A stretch of 64,000 nt of DNA from Candidatus Saccharimonadales bacterium (GCA_035479415.1 DATIIS010000051.1:19138-83137), one strand, 5' to 3'. Positions 35,424-45,414 are shown, numbered from the stretch's first letter. Made by a program: numbers and translations. Notes: generated by a model not told the origin, from the sequence alone.

Positions 35424-36758
35424 GTGGAACAAAATAATAGTAATTTACCTCAAACACAAGTACCCGAGCAAAAAGTTTCTTCCACTCATCCTCCACAGAA
35501 GAAGTATCTTCCTTTAGTCTTTCTTGTTGCGATTATTTTCTTGTTTGGGATTGGAATTGTAGCGTTTTCTCTCAAGCATCCAAATACTTCAATCACACAA
35601 CAAGGACAAAGCGCAACTGTCTCCAATCCTTCAAGTTCCCAAAGCGCGCAAGCTCCAGTGCAAAATGTCACTTATACCAATGCTCAACTTTCAGCACTTC
35701 AGGCAAGTCCCAAAAATATAACCAATCTCCCTGTCGGTGATGGACACTACCAGACGACTGGCCCAAAGAAAGGATATATTTATTTATGTCATGTTCAGCA
35801 AGGTGGAGGTGGCGCACAAGAGACAGGAAGTTGGATTCAAGGAAATACCTGGAATCTTTCTGCCAAACCAACTGTCACAGGAAAAGTCACATGGCCCGTT
35901 GCACAATTCTCAAATACAATTTCAGGTAGCAACAGGGTACTCACAGGAAATGATCTGCCTGTGAATACAACAACAGGTGTCTTCCCTATCCGATCAACAG
36001 ATACAGCATATCAATATGATAGAAATCCAAATTCTATAGAAGCGCACAATTTTACTCTCACTCTTCCTCTCAACCCAACAGCCGCAAGCACACCAAATTG
36101 TATGGGAGGAGAAGTAGGCGTCATGCTCAATGGAGTACCTCTTTTTAATGGATTTGACGCAGAGAATCGAGATGCAGCGGCTCATGAAATTCAAGATAGT
36201 TGTGATGGACATCCACAGGAGCAAGATGAATACCATTATCATAGTCTTAGTAGTTGTATCAAAGATATTAATGAGACAACGGTTATTGGCTTTGCACTTG
36301 ATGGCTATCCGATAACTGGTCCCGTTCTTTCAAATGGGAATTATCTCACTACCAACGATCTTGATGCATGTCATGGTATGACAAGTCAGATAACTATGGA
36401 TGGCAAAGAAGTTACAACCTATCACTATGTAATGACTGAGGATTTCCCGTACTCTGTGAGTTGTTTCCATGGACATCCAGTCCAGATACAAGTTATTGCC
36501 ATGCAACAAACTTCTACTCAGCAATCAACTATGCACGGACAACAAGGAACAGGCCAACAATCCCCATCTGGAGGGCCACAATTCCATTCACAATCCCAAG
36601 GCAGTCCACCTCAACCACCTCAGGAAGCATTTACTTCCTGCTCTGGCAAAAGTACTGGCGCATCATGTTCATTTACAGCTCCCAATGGGACATTTTCTGG
36701 AACATGTAAGACTCCACCCAATCAAACATCAGTCGTTTGTGTCCCCTCAAATCATTAA
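35424..36758 (+). CDS. YHYH domain protein, membrane anchored, Gln/Ser-rich linker and Cys-rich C-terminal module
   Basis: 444 aa. QDEYHYHS motif, N-terminal TM, and a C-terminal CSGKSTGASCSF..GTCKTPPNQTSVVC module. Confidence 0.65.
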   Translation: MEQNNSNLPQTQVPEQKVSSTHPPQKKYLPLVFLVAIIFLFGIGIVAFSLKHPNTSITQQGQSATVSNPSSSQSAQAPVQNVTYTNAQLSALQASPKNITNLPVGDGHYQTTGPKKGYIYLCHVQQGGGGAQETGSWIQGNTWNLSAKPTVTGKVTWPVAQFSNTISGSNRVLTGNDLPVNTTTGVFPIRSTDTAYQYDRNPNSIEAHNFTLTLPLNPTAASTPNCMGGEVGVMLNGVPLFNGFDAENRDAAAHEIQDSCDGHPQEQDEYHYHSLSSCIKDINETTVIGFALDGYPITGPVLSNGNYLTTNDLDACHGMTSQITMDGKEVTTYHYVMTEDFPYSVSCFHGHPVQIQVIAMQQTSTQQSTMHGQQGTGQQSPSGGPQFHSQSQGSPPQPPQEAFTSCSGKSTGASCSFTAPNGTFSGTCKTPPNQTSVVCVPSNH

Positions 36759-36800
36759 GTATTGTTAATTTTACTATTACGGATTTGCTATACTATCTAC

Positions 36801-37190
36801 ATGAATTGGACTGTTGAGAGTGTGAGACATGCCCTAGGTGGGAAGTTAATTGGTTCGCTTTTTATGCGTGAAATAGTATGTGAGACGCTTCTCCTTCTTC
36901 TTCCAGATTTAATAGAGCATGTCTGCAAACATGTCTGGTTTATTTCTTCTCAAGATGACGCCTGGGCATTCACTTTCCGGGGAGCTGATATAAAAGACCG
37001 AAGCCTTATTTTCCTTTCAGATGAATTACTAAAAGAGGACCGATCTCAAATTAGCTATACAATTTTGCACGAAGTAGGACACGTCGTATTAAATCACAGA
37101 AATTCCATAGGCTACGAACAAACACAAACTGAAATTAAAGAACAAGAACGAGAAGCAGACAATTTTGCCAAAAAGTATATAGAATATTAA
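36801..37190 (+). CDS. ImmA/IrrE-like (DUF955) HExxH metallopeptidase-domain protein
   Basis: ILHEVGHVVLNH..EQEREADNFAKKYI matches the HExxH..E.EAN.FA pattern. ATG 36801 lies 6 nt after TGCTATACT (36789-36794). Confidence 0.5.
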   Translation: MNWTVESVRHALGGKLIGSLFMREIVCETLLLLLPDLIEHVCKHVWFISSQDDAWAFTFRGADIKDRSLIFLSDELLKEDRSQISYTILHEVGHVVLNHRNSIGYEQTQTEIKEQEREADNFAKKYIEY

Positions 37191-37238
37191 GTATAGAGAA
37201 CATCCATAAATAGTTTGAAATGCTGCTATAATTGATAG

Positions 37239-38147
37239 ATGCTTTTTGGTATTGTAGCTCTTCTTATTAATCAATTTTTTGGGAATTCGGTTGTCCCAAT
37301 AGGTACAAAGATAGCTGTCCCTTTCGTTGGCCCTCTGATTTTTGTTACCTTTAGATTTATTATTGGTGCAGTAGTACTCTTTATCATTTTCCTCTTCTCA
37401 GAAAAGAAAACATTAAAGTTATCAGAATATTATGACTTTATACTTCTTGGGTTTCTTTTAATGATAAATGTCGGGACATTTACGTTTGCGATTATTCACA
37501 CGACAGTTATTATGAGTACACTTATATTCTCCATGACTCCAGTTCTTGTCGGCGTGGGTGCTCATTTTTTTCTTCAGGAGAAATTTGACAGACAAAAATT
37601 AGCTGGACTTCTTGTCTCATTTATTGGTTTATTATTTTTGCTTAGTCAGTCACTTACTCAGAACAAACACAACATCTTTGGTGAGCCAATCGGCAATATC
37701 CTCATTTGCATATCAACAGTTGGCTATTCATGTTATCTTCTTTATTCACGAAAAGTTCTTCATAAGAAAGGTAACTACCCTATTCAGACAACATTTCTCA
37801 CATTTACAATCGCAGCGATATTTTTTGTACTTATTTCACTTTGTAGTTTGCTTTTAGGAGGCATTGAAATAAAGCCTATTTCTTCATTTGGAATATGGGG
37901 AATGGTAATAGTCGGTATAGGTTCAGTCATCCAATATCTCATGCTCCAAATCGGAGTAAAGAAAACCAATGCATTTACAGCTTCTCTTTTTCAATATATT
38001 GGACCATTTATTGCTGCATCAATTACCATTCCATACCTTCATGAACAAGTTACGTTGCAATTACTTTTTGGAGGACTTTTGGTCCTTATTGGTGTCTTTA
38101 TCGCCACCACCTACAAACATCTCAGACGAAAATCTACTATTGCATAA
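37239..38147 (+). CDS. DMT superfamily (EamA-like) transporter
   Basis: 302 aa, 10 TM in two EamA-like halves. ATG lies 6 nt after TATAAT (37227-37232). Confidence 0.75.
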   Translation: MLFGIVALLINQFFGNSVVPIGTKIAVPFVGPLIFVTFRFIIGAVVLFIIFLFSEKKTLKLSEYYDFILLGFLLMINVGTFTFAIIHTTVIMSTLIFSMTPVLVGVGAHFFLQEKFDRQKLAGLLVSFIGLLFLLSQSLTQNKHNIFGEPIGNILICISTVGYSCYLLYSRKVLHKKGNYPIQTTFLTFTIAAIFFVLISLCSLLLGGIEIKPISSFGIWGMVIVGIGSVIQYLMLQIGVKKTNAFTASLFQYIGPFIAASITIPYLHEQVTLQLLFGGLLVLIGVFIATTYKHLRRKSTIA

Positions 38148-38182
38148 TTGCAACTTATTTTCTGATTTGTCATACTTGAGAT

Positions 38183-38533
38183 ATGAAGCTTCCAAAATCA
38201 TTTACAACGGTTACTCCTCTCTCAAAAGCGATTGCTCTTTCGATGTTTATTATTTTTCCAATTTTTGCATTTTTTTTGGGAATGTATTATCAACAAAGTA
38301 TAGATACAAATATACCGCCCAAAGTAGTTGTTGAGTATAAAATGCTTCGTCCCAATATCTCACCCACTCCTTCAACAATGGTCACTGTTACAAGAATTCA
38401 GACCTGTACCTCCAATAACGATTGTCCAGATGGATATTTTTGTACTCGATCTGGCCCAATTATGTATAATCCAAAGACCAAAGCACTTCCTCCTATGACG
38501 TGCCATAAGAGTGGAACAGTAGTTCCTTTGTAG
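38183..38533 (+). CDS. small anchored exported protein with 4 Cys
   Basis: 116 aa, N-terminal TM. CTSNNDCPDGYFC..C. ATG lies 6 nt after CATACT. Confidence 0.45.
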   Translation: MKLPKSFTTVTPLSKAIALSMFIIFPIFAFFLGMYYQQSIDTNIPPKVVVEYKMLRPNISPTPSTMVTVTRIQTCTSNNDCPDGYFCTRSGPIMYNPKTKALPPMTCHKSGTVVPL

Positions 38534-38773
38534 GTCGTATATATTGCTAAAATAAGGTTATCAAATGAGAGCTGTCGACAGCAGTTTTAACAATAAAAAT
38601 ACAAAAATTATTGATCAAATAAATTCACCATAAACTCAACTATAGGACTAACTCAACTGTTTATGTTTTTTTACAAAAGATCTTTTTTTAAAAAAATACG
38701 GTGGTTGTCGAGATTCGTAGACAGTATTGATTTTTCTAAACGAATTAACTATAATAACTAAATAAACATTACT

Positions 38774-40093
38774 ATGTTAGCTCACAATACACATGTTAAC
38801 GAGCGCGAAGACCACGCAAAAAGACTTGGTTTATGTTTAAAACATTTTGACGAATACGTTAGCTCAGCAAATCATGCTTATGACGTTATTCGTGACTTAG
38901 GTCCTTTCTATGGCCGCGAGGATGTTAAAGATCCTACATTTCGGATTACAGCTCAACCAGTAAAGCTTCCAAAGGGCTCAAAAGCTCAACTTACCACTTT
39001 TGGAAATGACTTATATCATCTTGGCCGCGCGCTTCAATTATTGCCTCAAGAACAAAAGAAAAAACTTGGAAAATCCTTGGATTTTCGAATTCCTCCAACG
39101 TGGAGAATTGATGCAATTGTCAATGAACAAGGACAACTTAAAGTAAATGAAGTTGAAGGAGTTGATAGTGCCAATGCTCTTATGATGGCTGAACAGCTCG
39201 CATATGATCTTCAAACATTCGAAGAATCAACTGCTGCAAAAATTATTCCTACATTTAAGGCGATGGCAACGCATAAAAAGAAGCATTACCGGCTTGCCTT
39301 TATCCGCAACATCTTCCCCTACAATCCTCACACAGTAAATCATGAAAGACTCATTAAGTTCATAAAAATTTTATCAAAAGGAACAATTACAAGTGATCTT
39401 CTTGACGAAGAGAACATCCGTACAGGCGTTATCATGCCTGATTGGAGCAAATATGATGGAATTATCAATCATACGTCTCTGACTCCTGAAGAAATTTATA
39501 GTATGGGAGTCAAAGAAGAGCAATTGTATGCTGCAGGGAATTATAACGCAATGGTTAACAAAGGTGTATTTGCATTGTTATTTGATCCAGAACTTAAAGA
39601 ATTTTGGCTTGAAAAATTAGGAAAAGAAAGATTTGACCGACTTACTTCCCTTCTTATTCCAACTCGTTTCGTTACTTCAATTGAAGATTTAGAAAATGCT
39701 CGTAAAGCAGGAAAAGTAGTAAAAGTTTCTTGGGCAGATAAGAAAACAGAACTCATTAATCGTTCTAAAGGAGTTGCAATGCCTGTTGATTCTCTTGTTC
39801 AAGGTGAAGATGAAAGGTGGGATACACTTAAAGAATTATTTAGTCAAGGAGTGACACTCATCATTCAAGACTTCGTTATGCCAACCAAAATTCATGCAAT
39901 GCTTCGTAAAAAAGGTTTTACTTTAGAGCCAGTTGATTGGTATAACAGAGTCTGTGTCAAATATGTTGCTGAAGATAATCCAAATATTGATATAACTCCT
40001 TCAGTTGCGTTAACAGCAACGGAAGTGACACTTGGACCTGAAATTATACCCGCAGGAAGAAATTGTGCCTTCACCGCGGGTAAATTATCCTAA
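38774..40093 (+). CDS. ATP-grasp-like protein, remote glutathionylspermidine synthase (YgiC/YjfC)-type
   Basis: 439 aa. WRIDAIVNEQGQLKVNEVEGVDSANALMMAEQ resembles [24 protein letters not shown] of E. coli YgiC (recalled). NKGVFALLFDPELK and VVKVS..GV..IIQDFV fit the later ATP-grasp strands. Confidence 0.4.
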   Translation: MLAHNTHVNEREDHAKRLGLCLKHFDEYVSSANHAYDVIRDLGPFYGREDVKDPTFRITAQPVKLPKGSKAQLTTFGNDLYHLGRALQLLPQEQKKKLGKSLDFRIPPTWRIDAIVNEQGQLKVNEVEGVDSANALMMAEQLAYDLQTFEESTAAKIIPTFKAMATHKKKHYRLAFIRNIFPYNPHTVNHERLIKFIKILSKGTITSDLLDEENIRTGVIMPDWSKYDGIINHTSLTPEEIYSMGVKEEQLYAAGNYNAMVNKGVFALLFDPELKEFWLEKLGKERFDRLTSLLIPTRFVTSIEDLENARKAGKVVKVSWADKKTELINRSKGVAMPVDSLVQGEDERWDTLKELFSQGVTLIIQDFVMPTKIHAMLRKKGFTLEPVDWYNRVCVKYVAEDNPNIDITPSVALTATEVTLGPEIIPAGRNCAFTAGKLS

Positions 40094-40103
40094 TATATTT
40101 ATC

Positions 40104-40253
40104 CTAAACTGTTTCTCTTCGAATAAATCGAAGCAAAAAGACTACAAGAGCGATTACGAGCAATAAGTGAATAAATCCTCCTGCAACGTGAAATGCAAAA
40201 CCTGCGAGCCACAGAACGACCAAAACGACTACTATTGTATTGATAAGTCCCAT
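40104..40253 (-). CDS. lmo0937-family small membrane protein
   Basis: MGLINTIVVVLVVLWLAGFAFHVAGGFIHLLLVIALVVFLLRFIRRETV, 49 aa. A strong SD, GGGAGGAGGTGAT, lies 4-5 nt upstream. Absent from the ORF track because it is under 60 aa. Confidence 0.6.
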   Translation of the reverse strand: MGLINTIVVVLVVLWLAGFAFHVAGGFIHLLLVIALVVFLLRFIRRETV

Positions 40254-40342
40254 ATCATCACCTCCTCCCTTTCATTAATCATTAAACATGAGTTGGCTAA
40301 GTTTTTGATGAGTATTAGGTAAGAAATAGATAAGTACGAGGA

Positions 40343-41809
40343 TTAGGAGGTTTTTGATAATTTCAAGCTAAAGAAGAATGTTGATCCTTTACCAGGTGTA
40401 CTCTCTACCCAAAGTTTGCCTTTATGTCTATCAACTATTTCTTTTGAGATATAAAGTCCGAGTCCCAGTCCCGGAAATGTTTGTTCAGTAGAGTTACTTA
40501 CTTGATATAATTTATTAAATATTTTTACTTGTTGTTCTTTATCAATTCCGATACCAAAATCCTGAACACTTATTACGACATTGGTAGTATCCTCTTTCAA
40601 CCTTACGATTATTTTTTTACCATTAGGTGAATATTTAATTGCATTAGAAATGAGATTTACGAGTACCTGATAAATACGATATCGATCAGCTCGTACCATG
40701 CATTTTTTTCTACTAATAATTTGGATCTTGTGATTATTGGCTGTTGCTTGCAACCCTTCCACAGCATCACAAATTACCTCTACAATATCAAACGATTCTA
40801 AAGTAAATGCAAGCTTGCCTGTCTGAATTCGTGAGACATTTAATAAATCATTGACCAGTTCTTTTATCTTGTTGGTCTGATCACTTATTCTTTGATTATA
40901 ATATGTAATTTTTTTCATATCTTGTTTTTGAAATTCCATTTTTTGTAAATCTATAAACATTTTAAGACTTGTTAATGGAGTTTTTAACTCATGACTTGCA
41001 AGACTCAAGAAATCATCTTTTTGCTTCTCTAGTTCTTTCTGATGAGTAATGTCATTAATAATTGAAACTGCTGCAACAATTTGATTTTTTTTATTTTGAA
41101 TTGGGGCGGAACTAACACGAAGTGTGAGTGTTTTTTTATCGTTTCGAGTGTAGGTAAATTCTTTTCCCATAACTGATTTGCCTTTTTGTATAGCTTCCAT
41201 AAGAGGCGCTTTTGATGGAATAATTGGTTTATTATTAATTTTTTCACTTGGAAGAGTATCTTTTCCAAAGATAAAACCAATGGGAATCTTTGTTCCCAGA
41301 ATTATATCAACTTGTTTATTTCTTCTTGTGAGTTTTCCTTTTGCATCAGTTATTAAAACTCCAACAGGTAGCTGTTGAATAATTGTTTCGAGATGTTTTT
41401 TTTCGTTTGCTTCTCTTTCAATTAATTTATCAATTGTTTGTTTAAGCCAGCCAATTGTTATTGCAAGAAGAGAGTATATTAAGGCAAGAATGAATGTTGT
41501 TTCAACACCAGAATCCAATTGCTGACCTGTATAGTGTCTTGTTGTAATGATATAAAAATAATAAAAAATAGTTATGCATGTACTTATAATTCCACCAATT
41601 ATTCCATCTCTGAAAGAGAAATAAATAATAAAAGCAACATTGAGAAAAATAATGTAGTTACCTACAATTGATGGATTTCGTACAATTCCATAAGCAAAAA
41701 CTTCAGACAAAATGCATAATAGAATATTGCAAACGAGAGGGAAAATAAATGAGTAGTGTGTATCTCCAAGATGATTGACTGGATTAATATATCTCAGAAA
41801 GCGCTTCAT
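40343..41809 (-). CDS. membrane-bound PAS sensor histidine kinase
   Basis: 488 aa with an N-terminal block of 4-5 TM and a PAS-like segment. H-box LASHELKTPLTSL and HATPase N/G boxes (NLISNAIKYS, DFGIGI, GLGLGLYISKEI). Confidence 0.8.
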   Translation of the reverse strand: MKRFLRYINPVNHLGDTHYSFIFPLVCNILLCILSEVFAYGIVRNPSIVGNYIIFLNVAFIIYFSFRDGIIGGIISTCITIFYYFYIITTRHYTGQQLDSGVETTFILALIYSLLAITIGWLKQTIDKLIEREANEKKHLETIIQQLPVGVLITDAKGKLTRRNKQVDIILGTKIPIGFIFGKDTLPSEKINNKPIIPSKAPLMEAIQKGKSVMGKEFTYTRNDKKTLTLRVSSAPIQNKKNQIVAAVSIINDITHQKELEKQKDDFLSLASHELKTPLTSLKMFIDLQKMEFQKQDMKKITYYNQRISDQTNKIKELVNDLLNVSRIQTGKLAFTLESFDIVEVICDAVEGLQATANNHKIQIISRKKCMVRADRYRIYQVLVNLISNAIKYSPNGKKIIVRLKEDTTNVVISVQDFGIGIDKEQQVKIFNKLYQVSNSTEQTFPGLGLGLYISKEIVDRHKGKLWVESTPGKGSTFFFSLKLSKTS

Positions 41810-41856
41810 TACATGAGATTATAGCATATAGTTTAGTTAGTTAGGTTTTATGAAAA

Positions 41857-42228
41857 TTAGTTTAGCAACTTGAACCTCATCACAGACCAAATATCGTTCA
41901 GTGAGATTATTGATACGCCATCAAGATTATTTTCTCGCAATAATGAATGTAAAATATCTCTGTTTAAATCTGTCTCAAGTGCTTTTCCTTTAGGATACCC
42001 AATCCATAAAATTCCATTCGTTTCAAGAGAGTGTTTAATTTTATTTATCTCTTGTTGCAGTTCTTTTTTTTGAGTATAAAAAGCTAGAATAAAATCATAC
42101 TTACCTTTTATATCATTATCGATTTTGTTAGAAGTTTTAATCTGATCTCTTACGTTGTTAGGAACATGAAGAAAAGTTGCAGAATGGTTGGGTTTTAGAA
42201 ACATTTTTTCTAGTGGAGTTTTGGCCAT
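41857..42228 (-). CDS. DUF3052-like protein
   Basis: 123 aa. DFILAFYTQKKELQ..NGILWIGYPKGKALETDLNRD..LDGVSIISLNDIWSVMRFK fits the recalled pattern. Confidence 0.5.
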   Translation of the reverse strand: MAKTPLEKMFLKPNHSATFLHVPNNVRDQIKTSNKIDNDIKGKYDFILAFYTQKKELQQEINKIKHSLETNGILWIGYPKGKALETDLNRDILHSLLRENNLDGVSIISLNDIWSVMRFKLLN

Positions 42229-42239
42229 ACCTTGAATCT

Positions 42240-42662
42240 TTATTTATTTTGATTCATATCCGAAGAAGGTTGAAGCAGAGTAAATCGATTACCTTCGGTG
42301 TCTTCACATTTTACATAGATTCCAATTCCAGGAATATCAATTTTCTCTCCTAACATTTTACCATCGGGAGTTTTGTTGTCATCAAAGACTTTGCCACCTG
42401 CTTTTTTGACGTCTTCAATTGCTTTGTCGATATCGTCAACTGCCACAACACACGAAAAAGCATTGATTAGTTTGTTTTCATCCTGGTAAATGCCTCCGTT
42501 GATTCCTCCTGGTTCTTTTGGATCACCTGTTGTTACTGTGATATAACCACCGTATTCTTCAGGTTGTGTATCCATCTTCCATCCAAAAGCATCAGAGTAA
42601 AATTTCTTTGCGCGTTCTTTATCTTTTGCTTCGATCTCAAAATGTACAATTCTATTTGGCAT
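42240..42662 (-). CDS. VOC (glyoxalase) family protein
   Basis: 140 aa. IVHFEIEAKDKERAKKFYSDAFGW and GNRFTLLQP are present. Confidence 0.7.
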   Translation of the reverse strand: MPNRIVHFEIEAKDKERAKKFYSDAFGWKMDTQPEEYGGYITVTTGDPKEPGGINGGIYQDENKLINAFSCVVAVDDIDKAIEDVKKAGGKVFDDNKTPDGKMLGEKIDIPGIGIYVKCEDTEGNRFTLLQPSSDMNQNK

Positions 42663-42702
42663 AACTTCTTTATATAACTATCTCAAGCTTTAGTCAAGAG
42701 CC

Positions 42703-43080
42703 TTATTCATCACTTGCTGAAGCCTGCATCTCAAGCAATTTTAGTCGCTGTTGAGTCTCTTTTGTTTTTTTCCATTCATCAAGAAGTTTGTTATTTTGAG
42801 AGAGTTGTTTTTCCATTCCTTCATTATCTGTCTTACTTATATCAACTGGCTCAGGGTGAAATGCTTCTTCACTACCCTCTTTGCTTGTTCGTTTCAAAAT
42901 AATTGTATCGTCTTTTCCCGCACGAATAAGAAGGAAAACTCCACCTCCCATTGCTAAGACGGACCCAATAAGAAAGAAAATATTTGTGCGTGTATCAAGA
43001 CTCATCATAAAAAGGAACATGACAAATACTCCCCCGAGAGTTAATGCAAGCCCAATAAATGACTGAATCAACATTTTCAT
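42703..43080 (-). CDS. two-TM membrane protein with coiled-coil tail
   Basis: 125 aa. No motif recognised. Confidence 0.45.
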   Translation of the reverse strand: MKMLIQSFIGLALTLGGVFVMFLFMMSLDTRTNIFFLIGSVLAMGGGVFLLIRAGKDDTIILKRTSKEGSEEAFHPEPVDISKTDNEGMEKQLSQNNKLLDEWKKTKETQQRLKLLEMQASASDE

Positions 43081-43114
43081 CGTATAACCAGAATAAGTAA
43101 TTTAGTAGATTTTA

Positions 43115-44638
43115 TCAAGTTTGTTTTACTTTTTTGCGATTTATTGTGAAGAAAGAAATAAGAGCACTTAAGAAGGCAAGCGCTGCATTTATACCCATTG
43201 CCCAACGGAAACCGTATATAAAAGAATCATCTACAGCTTTTTGTGCCATGTTTTTCATCGGGTTAGTAAATGTCGTGGGGACTTCAATACCGCCCAATTT
43301 ATTTTGTTGGATCATAATTTCTTGTTTGGCAGTCTCATTCATAGATGAGGACATAACTTTTTGATGTAATTGACCTTCAAAAAGAGACACGACGATAAGT
43401 CCAAGAAATGCAACTGCAAGAAGTCCTGCAATTCGTGAAACTGCATTATTTATCCCTGATGCAGCTCCAGAATACTTACTTTCGACTGCGAGAGCTGATT
43501 TGGTAAGTGGTGCGATAACAAATGCCATACCAAGTCCAAACAAGATAAGCCCTGGAAGATACTGTAAGAAATAGTTTGCATGTTCACCAGGAAATATAAG
43601 AAGTGTCATCCCAACTCCCACAATAAGTGGCCCAAAAATCATTGGGATTCGAGGCCCAATTTTGTCAGCGACACTTCCTCCTTTGCCCGAAAGAAAGGTA
43701 ATAATAAGAATTGTCGGTAACATCGCAAGTCCAGCAATAATTGGTGAATAGTGTTGTATTTGTTGGAAATTGAGAACTAAAAAGAAAATGACACCACTCA
43801 GCGCAAAATAAAGACACAATGTGACCAGATTGGCGCCAGTTACAAGAGATGATGTAAAGATTTTAAATGGTACAAGTGGATGTGCACTCTTCTTTTCAAC
43901 AGAAAGAAAAATAATAAAAGCGATAACTCCACCTAAAAGACTTAAGATAATTGAGGGGCTCTGCCATCCAAGGTCTGGAATAGAGATCAGTCCATATGCA
44001 ATTCCCAAAAGAGAAAGGAAAATAAGGATACTACCTAAGACATCAATTCTGGTTGATTCATCATTGCGAGACTCAGGGACATACTTCAGAGTTAATGCTA
44101 AAGCGATAATTCCAATTGGAATATTGACATAAAAAATAGAAGGCCATCCAAGCGTTTGTACCAACCATCCACCGGCAAGAGGTCCAAGTGTACCTACTCC
44201 ACCGGCAAATCCGGACCACAATCCTATTGCTCTTCCTCGAGTCTTTTCTTCAAAAGCGATATTGATGATACTCAGACTTCCCGGTATCATCATTGCTCCA
44301 CCGATTCCTTGAATCATGCGGTAAATGATGAGTTCATTTATCGTATGTGAAATGCTGCAAAGAAATGAAGAGATGGTGAAGACACCAATTCCATAGAGAA
44401 AAACCTTTTTTCTTCCATATCTATCCCCTAACGCACCGCTGATGAGAATAAGTGCACAGAGCATAAGTGTATAGCCATTTACTATCCATTGAATGCCGGT
44501 AATTGTGGCGTTTAACTTACTTTGAATTGTTGGGATGGCGATATTGACTACAGATCCGTCAAGAAAAGCCATACCACTGGCAAGAATTGTAGCAGCCAAG
44601 ATCATTTTTCCGGCAAGAGTTTGAGTTGTTGCTTTCAT
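43115..44638 (-). CDS. MFS transporter, DHA2/EmrB-like (14 TM)
   Basis: 507 aa. VNIAIPTI, GALGDRYGRKK and 14 hydrophobic segments. Paralog class of the 32732 gene. Confidence 0.8.
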   Translation of the reverse strand: MKATTQTLAGKMILAATILASGMAFLDGSVVNIAIPTIQSKLNATITGIQWIVNGYTLMLCALILISGALGDRYGRKKVFLYGIGVFTISSFLCSISHTINELIIYRMIQGIGGAMMIPGSLSIINIAFEEKTRGRAIGLWSGFAGGVGTLGPLAGGWLVQTLGWPSIFYVNIPIGIIALALTLKYVPESRNDESTRIDVLGSILIFLSLLGIAYGLISIPDLGWQSPSIILSLLGGVIAFIIFLSVEKKSAHPLVPFKIFTSSLVTGANLVTLCLYFALSGVIFFLVLNFQQIQHYSPIIAGLAMLPTILIITFLSGKGGSVADKIGPRIPMIFGPLIVGVGMTLLIFPGEHANYFLQYLPGLILFGLGMAFVIAPLTKSALAVESKYSGAASGINNAVSRIAGLLAVAFLGLIVVSLFEGQLHQKVMSSSMNETAKQEIMIQQNKLGGIEVPTTFTNPMKNMAQKAVDDSFIYGFRWAMGINAALAFLSALISFFTINRKKVKQT

Positions 44639-44697
44639 TGCATATTAAGTATAGCAGATGTGATGCTCTCTTCTATTTAGCTGATATAATATTGTAT

Positions 44698-45414
44698 ATG
44701 GGGAATGCGCAACGTCTTAATAAATATCTTGCAAATCTTGGCATTTGTTCTCGCCGCAATGTTGAAAGTTTCCTTTCGGACAATACTGTTACTGTAAATG
44801 GAGAAATAGTTACACAACCTGGAGTTCGGATTGACCCACAGAAAGATACGATTCTTTTAAATGGCAAAACTATTAAAAAGCCAACATTTGTTTATTACTT
44901 ACTTAACAAACCTAAAGGAGTTGTCTCAACAACCGCTGATGAATATGGACGAAAAAATGTTATTTCATTAATTCCGACAACTGAGCGAATTTATCCAGTT
45001 GGAAGGCTTGATAAAGATACAACTGGTTTACTCATTCTTACTAATGATGGTGAACTTACCAATCAACTGATCCATCCCAAATATCACGTTGATAAAGTGT
45101 ATAAATTAACAATCCGTGGGCAGACAAACGATGTACAATTGAAAGCGCTTCGCAATGGAGTTTTATTGGAGGATGGTATAACAAGTCCAGCAAAAGTCGT
45201 AGTTTCAAAAGTTAACGGCGCTGTTTCACAAATAGAGATGACGATTCATGAGGGTCGAAATAGACAAATTAGAAGAATGTGCCAAACTGTTGGTATTGAA
45301 CTTTTAGAACTTCAAAGAATTTCATTTGGGCCAATTACGCTTGGAAATTTAAAGATTGGTAGATATAGAAATTTGAATCCGCAAGAAGTGCAGCTACTTA
45401 AAAATTTACGCTAA
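44698..45414 (+). CDS. RsuA/RluB-family rRNA pseudouridine synthase
   Basis: S4 domain RLNKYLANLGICSRR, catalytic GRLDKDTTGLLILTNDG, and HEGRNRQIRRM. ATG 44698 lies 7 nt after TATAAT (44685-44690). Confidence 0.8.
   Translation: MGNAQRLNKYLANLGICSRRNVESFLSDNTVTVNGEIVTQPGVRIDPQKDTILLNGKTIKKPTFVYYLLNKPKGVVSTTADEYGRKNVISLIPTTERIYPVGRLDKDTTGLLILTNDGELTNQLIHPKYHVDKVYKLTIRGQTNDVQLKALRNGVLLEDGITSPAKVVVSKVNGAVSQIEMTIHEGRNRQIRRMCQTVGIELLELQRISFGPITLGNLKIGRYRNLNPQEVQLLKNLR

Noticed and set aside
36130-36768. Overlapping ORFs inside the 3' part of the YHYH gene (36130-36315, 36461-36709, 36469-36768).
   Set aside because: They lie in the Gln/Ser/Pro-rich low-complexity region of a well-supported longer ORF. 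They are off-frame artefacts.
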